Assembly: GCA_963786735.1 (NCBI GenBank)
Contig: CAWBAF010000006.1
Span: 304,566-336,565 of the forward strand
Source of the DNA: an uncultured beta proteobacterium
GTDB lineage: Bacteria > Pseudomonadota > Gammaproteobacteria > Burkholderiales > Nitrosomonadaceae
DNA length: 32,000 nt
Reading direction: 5' to 3'
Below, in pieces: positions 20,305-29,925 of this stretch (the first letter of the stretch is position 1; every line of letters starts with the position of its first letter). The notes beneath the pieces are model-generated. The model did no database searches. It was not told the origin of the DNA and saw only the letters and a program-made list of their open reading frames with translations. The position numbers and the translations under genes were made by a program.

Positions 20305-21186
20305 ATGCTCTCCTGGACAGAAATCTCCGCTCAAATTTCCACGTCGCAAGGCTCTCCATTTATTGTCGAAAAAGCCTCTTCGGTCGGTGGTGGTTGTATC
20401 AACCAGGCTTATAAAATAGAAGGAAAGGGCCAACGGTTTTTTGTAAAACTGAACGATCGAAGAAGTTCGGCGATGTTCGAAGCAGAAGCTGCCGGCCTTC
20501 GGGAACTTTATGATTCCGACACCCTGCAAGTGCCTGAGCCAGTTTGCTGGGGTGAGGATAGTTCTGGAAAGTGGCTGGTGATGGAGTACGTTGACATGAC
20601 CGGAGCAGCTTCACCTGACGCCGCCGCGCTTGGCACCGGGCTTGCTGCGATGCATCAACGCACTTCAGACAAGTTCGGCTGGAAGCGCGACAACACGATT
20701 GGTTCAACCGCTCAAATCAACACCCCGACTTACGACTGGGTGCAGTTCTGGCGCGAGTATCGCCTCGGCTATCAGCTAAAGCTGGCCCAAGCCAACGGGC
20801 ACACCGGAAAACTCCTGGTTTCAGGGGATAAACTTCTGGCATCACTGGAGTCCTTTTTCCCTGGAGGAGGCCCTGCCCCTGCGCTGCTGCATGGCGATCT
20901 CTGGAGTGGCAACTACGGTTTTGCCCGGGACGGACGTCCCGTGGTGTTCGACCCCGCCGTATATTATGGTGACCGGGAAACGGATATTGCCATGACTGAA
21001 CTTTTCGGTGGATTTCCTGCTTCTTTTTATGCAGCGTATCGCGAGACCTATCCGCTCGACGCTGGCTATAACATCCGTAAAACTTTATACAACCTCTATC
21101 ACATTCTCAACCATCTGAATTTATTCGGGGGCGGTTATCGCCATCAGGCGGAACAAATGATGGCCAGCCTGCTCTCCGAGATTTGA
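20305..21186 (+). CDS. fructosamine/ketosamine kinase family protein (YniA-like)
   Basis: It contains GGGCINQAYK...FFVKLN and the kinase-like catalytic region LLHGDLWSGN, and is 293 aa. Confidence 0.8.
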   Translation: MLSWTEISAQISTSQGSPFIVEKASSVGGGCINQAYKIEGKGQRFFVKLNDRRSSAMFEAEAAGLRELYDSDTLQVPEPVCWGEDSSGKWLVMEYVDMTGAASPDAAALGTGLAAMHQRTSDKFGWKRDNTIGSTAQINTPTYDWVQFWREYRLGYQLKLAQANGHTGKLLVSGDKLLASLESFFPGGGPAPALLHGDLWSGNYGFARDGRPVVFDPAVYYGDRETDIAMTELFGGFPASFYAAYRETYPLDAGYNIRKTLYNLYHILNHLNLFGGGYRHQAEQMMASLLSEI

Positions 21187-21239
21187 ATTGGTCCACCGGA
21201 CAGGGAGCGCCGGAGTATAAAATTCAGGCGTGTGCCGGG

Positions 21240-23438
21240 TTAGAACTCCAGTGGGTCCACATCCAGTGCCCAGCGGATCTTGTGGGCGGGAAGCGCATCG
21301 AGTCGTGGCCCCCAATCGTTGAGGAATTCCTGCAATCGGGTGCGGGAGCTTGACTGCACCAGCAAGTACGCGCGCTCCATTCCTTTTAGCCGTGCCATTT
21401 GTGCTGGAATCGGATCAAATATCTCGACAACGTGCTGGGGGGCTTGTGCCACTGCCGCGGCATCAGCCAGAAAGGCCAGGGCCGAGGTGATCTTGGTTGC
21501 TTCCGCCCATAATAAAGCCTGATATGTGAAAGGTGGAAATCCCGCAAGTTTCCTCTCGGCCAGCAGCGCCTGTGCCAGGGAATCATAATCGTGCCGTTGA
21601 AGCGCACGATACAGCGGGTGATCCGGAAATTCAGTCTGGATCAGCACTTCTCCCGGCTTTTCGGCCCGGCCGGCTCGCCCGGCAACTTGTATCAGTTGCG
21701 CAAACAGGCGTTCCGATGCGCGAAAATCACAGCTGAATAGGGATGCGTCGGGATTCAAAACGCAAACCAGGGATAAATTCGGAAAGTCATGGCCTTTCGC
21801 GAGTATCTGGGTACCGATCAGCGTATCGACACGATGTTCCCGGATCTCTTTCATCATTGATGGCCAAGCGTCCTTTCGGCGGGTGCTGTCCCGATCAATT
21901 CGCATAATCCTCGCGTCGGGGATGCGCTTGGATAGAGTGGCTTCAATCCTTTGCGTGCCGTGTCCGAACGGCACGATATCCTGATCTCCGCATTCCGGAC
22001 AATGGGTCGGGAAACGCTCCTGATATCCGCAATGGTGGCAGCGCAATATGCTTGCCTTCAGGTGCACCACCAGACGACTCGCGCAGCGCTGGCAAGCGGC
22101 CGTCCATGCACATGATTTGCACAGCAGCACAGGCGCGTAGCCCCGCCGGTTTATAAAAACCAGACTCTGCTGCTTTTCCTTCAGGCATTTTAGCAGGGCA
22201 GCGACAACGGGAGCGGAAAGGCCTTCCTCAGTTTTGGCGATTCGCGTGTCTATGTAGCGGATGACCGGCAGGTCTGCATTTTTAGCTGCCCTGGATGGCA
22301 GGCGCAAAATCCTATAGCGACCGACCCATGCATTGTGGTAACTCTCAAGGGAGGGCGTAGCGGACCCAAGGATGACAGGTACGTTAGCTTGCTTTGCCCT
22401 GAAAATGGCGATGTCTCGGGCGGAGTAGCGCACGCTGTCCTGCTGCTTGAACGACATATCATGCTCCTCGTCGGCAACGATCAGCCCGAGCCGTGGAAGA
22501 GGTGTAAATATCGCAAGACGCGTGCCCAGCACGATGTCAGCGTCTCCACGCAGCGCCCTGACCCAGGCGCCTGCGCGCTCGGAAGGAGAGATGCCGCTAT
22601 GCAGGTTGATCATTCGCGCGGTGGGGAACCGCGTCTTGAAAATCGCTTCCAGTTGCGGAGTCAGGTTGATCTCTGGGACTAATACCAGGCTTTGTCGGCC
22701 CTGCCGCAACATGTGCGCAATCAAGCGGAGGTACACCTCAGTTTTTCCGCTGCCCGTCACGCCATGCAATAGCCACGCATTGAACTCAGTAATCTTTGAT
22801 TGAATCCCCTCGACAGCTTCTTTTTGCGCTGGGGTAAGTGTCCGGCACTCGGCTTCGAGCTCAGCTATGGGATAAGCACCGGCGTGGGGAACCCCCTCAA
22901 CCCACCGTATTGCTTCGAATTCGCTCAACGTGGAGGGTCCTTTGCTCGATAACTGCCTGGCCTCCTGCATCGTTATCGAAATCTTTTCCTTGAGTGTCGC
23001 CAGCAGCCGCCGCCTGACGATATTCCGAGCCGGGATTGCAGAAACATCCATGTCGCGTCCCGTTGCGGTAAGCCGATACCGATGGGCAATATCAGGTTTC
23101 TGTAAAAGCGGCTTCCCGCTTCGCAACCGGGTGGGTAGTCCGTTCATTACAACTTGTCCCAGCGGATGATGATAGTAGGCAGCGCAAAAACGGAACAGAT
23201 CGAGCAAATTTTTTGGCAGCGGTTCCACGTCCCTGAATATGAGAGATGCGCTTTTGAGCTTCTCCGGATGGATTGAGGAGTGACCGCCCACTTCCATAAT
23301 TACCCCCGTTACAACCCGCTTCCCAAATGGGACCCTCACGCGCAGACCGACATCGTGCGCCGTCACATCCTTATCGGGGGCACGGTAGTCGAACAACTTG
23401 TTCAGGGGCACGTCCAGGGCGACACGTAAAATCGGCAT
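21240..23438 (-). CDS. priA: primosomal protein N' (replication restart helicase PriA)
   Basis: It has Walker A GVTGSGKT, DEEHD, a Cys-rich zinc-binding insertion (CKSCAWTAACQRCASRL...CHHCG...CPECG) and helicase motif VI QVAGRAGR. Confidence 0.95.
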   Translation of the reverse strand: MPILRVALDVPLNKLFDYRAPDKDVTAHDVGLRVRVPFGKRVVTGVIMEVGGHSSIHPEKLKSASLIFRDVEPLPKNLLDLFRFCAAYYHHPLGQVVMNGLPTRLRSGKPLLQKPDIAHRYRLTATGRDMDVSAIPARNIVRRRLLATLKEKISITMQEARQLSSKGPSTLSEFEAIRWVEGVPHAGAYPIAELEAECRTLTPAQKEAVEGIQSKITEFNAWLLHGVTGSGKTEVYLRLIAHMLRQGRQSLVLVPEINLTPQLEAIFKTRFPTARMINLHSGISPSERAGAWVRALRGDADIVLGTRLAIFTPLPRLGLIVADEEHDMSFKQQDSVRYSARDIAIFRAKQANVPVILGSATPSLESYHNAWVGRYRILRLPSRAAKNADLPVIRYIDTRIAKTEEGLSAPVVAALLKCLKEKQQSLVFINRRGYAPVLLCKSCAWTAACQRCASRLVVHLKASILRCHHCGYQERFPTHCPECGDQDIVPFGHGTQRIEATLSKRIPDARIMRIDRDSTRRKDAWPSMMKEIREHRVDTLIGTQILAKGHDFPNLSLVCVLNPDASLFSCDFRASERLFAQLIQVAGRAGRAEKPGEVLIQTEFPDHPLYRALQRHDYDSLAQALLAERKLAGFPPFTYQALLWAEATKITSALAFLADAAAVAQAPQHVVEIFDPIPAQMARLKGMERAYLLVQSSSRTRLQEFLNDWGPRLDALPAHKIRWALDVDPLEF

Positions 23439-23601
23439 GCTAGGGAATTAATACGAGGCGGGGGAGCAATGGATTTGCAGGAGGACCCATATTATCCCCG
23501 AAAGCCCGCCCGTTGTTCCCCATGGTTTTGCTGTTTGACACTCGCGACCCCCAACTTGATGACTGGTTCTTACTAGACAGCTCTTGTGACAGTAGGTGTC
23601 G

Positions 23602-23627
23602 ACCGACGGGTTCTGTCGGTTCTTTTT
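23602..23627 (+). terminator. orphan terminator-like hairpin in the priA-amoC spacer
   Basis: ACCGAC-gggttct-GTCGGT forms a 6-bp stem plus one G.U pair and is followed by TCTTTTT. There is no annotated plus-strand gene upstream of it. Confidence 0.3.
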
Positions 23628-23870
23628 ACATATTGTTGCAGAAGGATGAAGGCTTACATTTCAAGCACCGGATTTCAAAAGACATCTTTTTCTGGCACAA
23701 AGCATGCTTAGGACCCAATCGAGCTATCCGGTTGTGCCATTACGGCGAGGGAGTCAGTCGGAAGGTTTGAGATGAAATAAAGATCAGTATTATGCGGCAC
23801 GCCTCTCCCGTAGCCCGTGCTTAGTGGCACAGACAAGCACTCCCAACAGTTATCAGTAAAGTAATTGAAT

Positions 23871-23886
23871 TGGCACGGAAATTGCT
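23871..23886 (+). promoter_or_regulatory. sigma54-type -24/-12 promoter motif facing amoC
   Basis: TGGCAC-GGAAA-TTGCT matches the consensus TGGCAC-N5-TTGCW exactly, about 650 nt upstream of the amoC ATG. A second near-match, TGGCAC-AAAGC-ATGCT, lies at 23693-23708. Confidence 0.35.
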
Positions 23887-24142
23887 GAGGATATTGCTCA
23901 GCTTGCGGGGGTTGGATATTGAAGACAAACCGCTTGACTTGGATGATCTTCGCGGATAGTCTTTATAGGGTTGTGGGTAATGTAACCTATCCGTAATGCC
24001 CGTGTGTTAGGCATGACGGAGGGGTTCATATCCGTAATACAAACGGGTGGATTCTTGTGATGGCGCTTGTGTAAGGGTTTTTTCCACGGGTTTTGGTGGA
24101 TTGGCCTTTTGCAGGAGATTCTTCACAAGAAGACAGGTAAAG

Positions 24143-24219
24143 TAGGCAGGCAAGCTAGGCAGGCAAGGGTAGCTGGGGTAGTGGGGTATACAGGATATTT
24201 TGGGGTATACCGGATATTT
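24143..24219. repeat. cluster of short tandem direct repeats upstream of amoC
   Basis: TAGGCAGGCAAG occurs twice (24143-24154 and 24156-24167). GGGGTA motifs follow. A 19-bp unit TGGGGTATAC(A/C)GGATATTT then occurs twice in tandem (24182-24200 and 24201-24219) with one mismatch. Confidence 0.85.
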
Positions 24220-24316
24220 GGCTGACCCTGAGCGTGCCGGGGATCCGCTGCCAAGCGGAGCCCTGCAGACCAAGTAGATAACGGCTGGCGGTGGAAGTTC
24301 CCGCACGACGGGAAGT

Positions 24317-24346
24317 TTGTCACTGGTTGGTTGGGGGCAGTAAAAA
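24317..24346 (+). promoter_or_regulatory. candidate sigma70 promoter for amoC
   Basis: TTGTCA (24317-24322), an 18 nt spacer, then TAAAAA (24341-24346). It would give a 5' UTR of about 180 nt. This rests on motif inspection only. Confidence 0.25.
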
Positions 24347-24519
24347 GATAGCAGCATGTTTTTGGCAGCAATGCAGGACTGGATAAAGCGTCACCGTTTT
24401 TAGGGAAGGGCAAGTGGAAGTCGTCAGTATTGGAATAGCGGGACAGGCTCCGGGGCTTATGGCCGGGTTTGGGGCCAGAGGAGCTGTTCTTGAAGTTAGC
24501 AGTCCGATTAACGCAATAG

Positions 24520-25347
<828 letters not shown>

Positions 25348-25405
25348 CCGGAAGATGGGGGAACGGAAGGTTGACCCGGGCTGCACGATAAGCTAAAGCC
25401 ACGAG

Positions 25406-25438
25406 AGGCTTCGCCCTCCTTCCTGGAGAGCGAGGCCT
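25406..25438 (+). other. stem-loop in the amoC-amoA intergenic region
   Basis: AGGCTTCGC pairs with GCGAGGCCT (9 bp including one G.U) and has an inner CTCC/GGAG extension. It lies in the 245-nt spacer. Confidence 0.4.
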
Positions 25439-25580
25439 GACCCCCTGGCGGGCAAAGGCACGCAGCGTGCCGAGGTAACAGGCCCACAGGGGGTGAAGGT
25501 GGCAGGGAGGAAGGCAGCCCAAGGGATGAGGGTCACGGAAAGCAGAAGCAACACAAATTGAATGGAACCTAGACTTTTGA

Positions 25581-27676
<2,096 letters not shown>

Positions 27677-27752
27677 GAAGAACCTTGGGGAGCCCCTGCG
27701 GGGTTCCCCCGGGAGAAATCCGGGCAGCAAACACGGAGACTGGAAACACGGA

Positions 27753-27799
27753 CACCGGTCCGCCAACGTCTGAAGACGAAGGTGGATCGGTGTTTTTTT
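27753..27799 (+). terminator. Rho-independent terminator after amoB
   Basis: CACCGGTCCGCC (27753-27764) pairs with GGTGGATCGGTG (27781-27792) as a 12-bp stem with 2 G.U pairs. There is an inner CGTC/GACG stem, and TTTTTTT follows at 27793-27799. A GC-rich hairpin GGGGAGCCCC-tgc-GGGGTTCCCC at 27687-27709 lies just before it. Confidence 0.85.
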
Positions 27800-27824
27800 A
27801 AGTGGATAAAATGAAAATCGGTCC

Positions 27825-27856
27825 TGGAAGCAAAATCACCGCAGTATTTGTATAAT
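27825..27856 (+). promoter_or_regulatory. candidate promoter for amoE-amoD (perfect -10 only)
   Basis: TATAAT lies at 27851-27856, about 100 nt upstream of the amoE ATG. No convincing -35 is present (the best candidate is TGGAAG/AAGCAA). Confidence 0.25.
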
Positions 27857-27958
27857 AGTGGCTTTTTCAAGCAGCCTTTTTTAAGCAATCTTGTCTCTGT
27901 ACCCCGTGACATTTGACAGCGTTGCAATGGAGCGGATCAACCCGCTAGCAGCCAAGCC

Positions 27959-28570
27959 ATGACAGCCACGACAGCCATGACCGTCACCCGCGCGATGCTG
28001 CGGGCAGGCACTGCGATCCTTGTCCTGGCATGGGCTCTGGTCGGAGCCCTTTATGCCGGGGGGGCGGCTGCGCATGGAAAGGAAACCATGGAAGAAGACA
28101 GCTGCAACCGCCGCATTGGCGAGAACATCGTGCACTTGAGCGCCTACCAGCCGCAATTCGACGCCAGCGCCCAATACTGCACCGAAATCCCCAAAGGGGG
28201 AGAAACCTACCTGGTGATCGATCTCATCGACCAGGCCATGCGCGAGATGCCCATTGGCATGCGCGTGATCAAGGGAACGAGCGAAACCGAAGACGAGACG
28301 GTCAGCCTGGTCAAGCCAGACTACCACCCCGACGGCGTGATCCGTGGCGAGTTAAACCTTGACCAGGGGCTCTACACGGTCATCATCACTGCGGAAGGGC
28401 TCCCGCCATTGCGCTACCAGTATCCCCTGCGCGTACAGATGGTCAATTATGCGCAGATATTCCGCACTGCGGTGGTGCCGCTTATCGGCCTGCTGCTGCT
28501 GGCCCTGCTGGGCTACAAGCTCATGAAATCCGAGCGTGTGCGGCGCTGGCGCTCCGCGCGGCGCCCATGA
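27959..28570 (+). CDS. amoE: AmoE (orf4), PmoD/AmoD-family periplasmic protein with signal peptide and C-terminal TM anchor
   Basis: It sits immediately after amoCAB and is a paralogue of the next gene. The two align without gaps over HG-x8-C-x9-H-x3-YQP-x8-C-xx-IP...MP. The C-terminal helix is VVPLIGLLLLALLGY. The start is ambiguous (ATGs at 27959, 27977 and 27995). Confidence 0.85.
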   Translation: MTATTAMTVTRAMLRAGTAILVLAWALVGALYAGGAAAHGKETMEEDSCNRRIGENIVHLSAYQPQFDASAQYCTEIPKGGETYLVIDLIDQAMREMPIGMRVIKGTSETEDETVSLVKPDYHPDGVIRGELNLDQGLYTVIITAEGLPPLRYQYPLRVQMVNYAQIFRTAVVPLIGLLLLALLGYKLMKSERVRRWRSARRP

Positions 28571-28631
28571 GCGCGCGCCCGCTCCTCTTATAGTGAATTT
28601 TATCCTCATCCTCATATAGGCGATTCTGACG

Positions 28632-29213
28632 ATGTTCCAAAAACTCCTGAAACCTGCCCTGCTTAGCCTGCTCCTGTCCATGAGCCTGCCCCATGCAATG
28701 GAGGCGCGCGCCCATGGGGGATTATCCCTGGCCGATGACGTATGCAAACTCACGATAGGCCCCTACACCATGCACTTTACCGGCTACCAGCCGGAAGCCA
28801 CGCAAGAGAAGGAATTCTGCGAAGACATTCCGTTGACCGGGCGCACCGTCGTGGCGCTGGACTACATTGAAGAAGCGCTGCGCCCCATGCCCACCGAAGT
28901 GCGCATCATCCGCGACACCGGCGCACCCGATGTCAAGCCCGCCGATCTGGACAACATTACCATCCTGCACATTCCCCCCAAGGTCTACCCCAACGGCTCC
29001 ATCACCTTCGAATACAACTTCCCGCAACCGGGCAAATTCGTGGGGTTGGTGACCGTAGGCGACAAACAGGAATACGTCTCGCGCTTCCCCTTCTCGGTGG
29101 GTGAACCCAAGGGCACCTCGCCCTTCCTGCTGGGCGCCATCGCGGCCGCGGTGGTGGCCGGGGTGGTATTCTTCCTGCGCGGGCGCAAACCAGCCAAGAT
29201 GAGCACGACCTGA
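28632..29213 (+). CDS. amoD: AmoD (orf5), PmoD/AmoD-family periplasmic protein with signal peptide and C-terminal TM anchor
   Basis: The signal peptide is MFQKLLKPALLSLLLSMSLP. The conserved core reads HGGLSLADDVCKLTIGPYTMHFTGYQP...FCEDIP. The C-terminal helix is FLLGAIAAAVVAGVVFF. It follows amoE in the amoCABED order known from beta-AOB. Confidence 0.87.
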   Translation: MFQKLLKPALLSLLLSMSLPHAMEARAHGGLSLADDVCKLTIGPYTMHFTGYQPEATQEKEFCEDIPLTGRTVVALDYIEEALRPMPTEVRIIRDTGAPDVKPADLDNITILHIPPKVYPNGSITFEYNFPQPGKFVGLVTVGDKQEYVSRFPFSVGEPKGTSPFLLGAIAAAVVAGVVFFLRGRKPAKMSTT

Positions 29214-29324
29214 AAGCTTTTTTGCGAGTCTTTGCTGCGGGCCGGGCCTGGATGCCTGGCGCTGCGGTACCTGAACCATACTGAAGCAAAAGAGTCGAAA
29301 GAATACCTGCGTCGCTTACAGGGA

Positions 29325-29546
29325 CTTGAACTCCCGGGGCTTAAAACCGGGGCTTGAAACCGAGCCTGGCGGATGAACGCTGGCACCCCCCTTGAGGGGT
29401 AGTCCTTGAGGGTAATAAGGGAAGCGGCAGGGGAGGCAACCCAACGAGGAGCAAGAGATGCAATCATGGACAGTTCCCGCCTTGAAGCGGGCAGGTGGCC
29501 AAGGCCAAAGCCGCCAAAGCGGCCAAAGCCCCATTACCGCCTTGAA
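29325..29546 (+). repeat. array of seven CTT(G/A)A(A/G) motifs, including two short tandem repeats, upstream of and inside the copC 5' end
   Basis: Motif starts are at 29325, 29340, 29353, 29391, 29405, 29481 and 29541. CCGGGGCTT(A/G)AAA occurs in tandem (29334-29346 and 29347-29359). CCTTGAGGG occurs twice (29390-29398 and 29404-29412). Confidence 0.7.
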
Positions 29547-29925
29547 AGGAATCACGCTGGGCGCCGGGCTCATCATCGCGCTTGCGGCAGGCCTGCACAG
29601 CCCCCCTGCCGCCGCGCATGCCATGCTCACCAAGGCCGAGCCTGCGCGCCGCGCCCAGCTCACCCGGCCGCCTGCACAGGTGCGCCTCTGGTTCAACGAA
29701 GAGGTTGAAAAGGATTACGCCGCACTCACCGTCATCCAGGGGGACAAGCCGGTTACCGCGGCCAAGCCCAGGGTTGCCGAAGACGACCCCAAGGCCATCG
29801 TCCTGTCCCTGCCGGAACTTTCCCCCGGGAAATACACCGTGAAGTTCCGGGTGCTGTCGGTGGACGGCCACGTGGTTGACTCGTCCTACGACTTTACCGT
29901 AAAGAGCAAAGTGTCGGGCAAATGA
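29458..29925 (+). CDS. copC: periplasmic copper-binding protein CopC
   Basis: The CopC fold signature is ...AAA|HAMLTKAEP...VRLWFNE...YTVKFRVLSVDGHVVDSSYDFTV. The ATG at 29458 has GAGGA 7 nt upstream. An in-frame TTG at 29542 is an alternative start directly before the signal-peptide hydrophobic core. Confidence 0.88.
   Translation: MQSWTVPALKRAGGQGQSRQSGQSPITALKGITLGAGLIIALAAGLHSPPAAAHAMLTKAEPARRAQLTRPPAQVRLWFNEEVEKDYAALTVIQGDKPVTAAKPRVAEDDPKAIVLSLPELSPGKYTVKFRVLSVDGHVVDSSYDFTVKSKVSGK

Noticed and set aside
23513-23770. 85-aa plus-strand ORF in the priA-amoC spacer
   Set aside because: It has a TTG start with no SD, runs across a terminator-like hairpin at 23602-23627, and has no recognisable domain. 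I treat the region as non-coding or regulatory.
23825-23839. Third TGGCAC (TGGCAC-AGACA-AGCA) as a sigma54 promoter
   Set aside because: The -12 GC is shifted by one position and the TTGC element is absent. I counted it only as part of the hexamer cluster.
24143-24219. Possibility that the tandem repeats are a CRISPR array or minisatellite element
   Set aside because: There are only two copies per unit, the units are 12-19 bp, and there are no spacers, leader or cas genes. It is not CRISPR.
25371-25399. TTGACC in the amoC-amoA spacer as an internal amoA promoter
   Set aside because: The -35 hexamer is good, but no acceptable -10 lies at 16-18 nt (the best is TAAAGC). I cannot support it from sequence.
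27811-27855. 14-codon mini-ORF (MKIGPGSKITAVFV) between the amoB terminator and amoE
   Set aside because: It has no convincing SD, and its stop lies within the TATAAT motif. It is too short to support from sequence alone.
28722-29279. 185-aa minus-strand ORF
   Set aside because: It lies antisense to amoD. It has no signal peptide, TM segment or motif support, whereas the plus-strand product is a clear paralogue of amoE.
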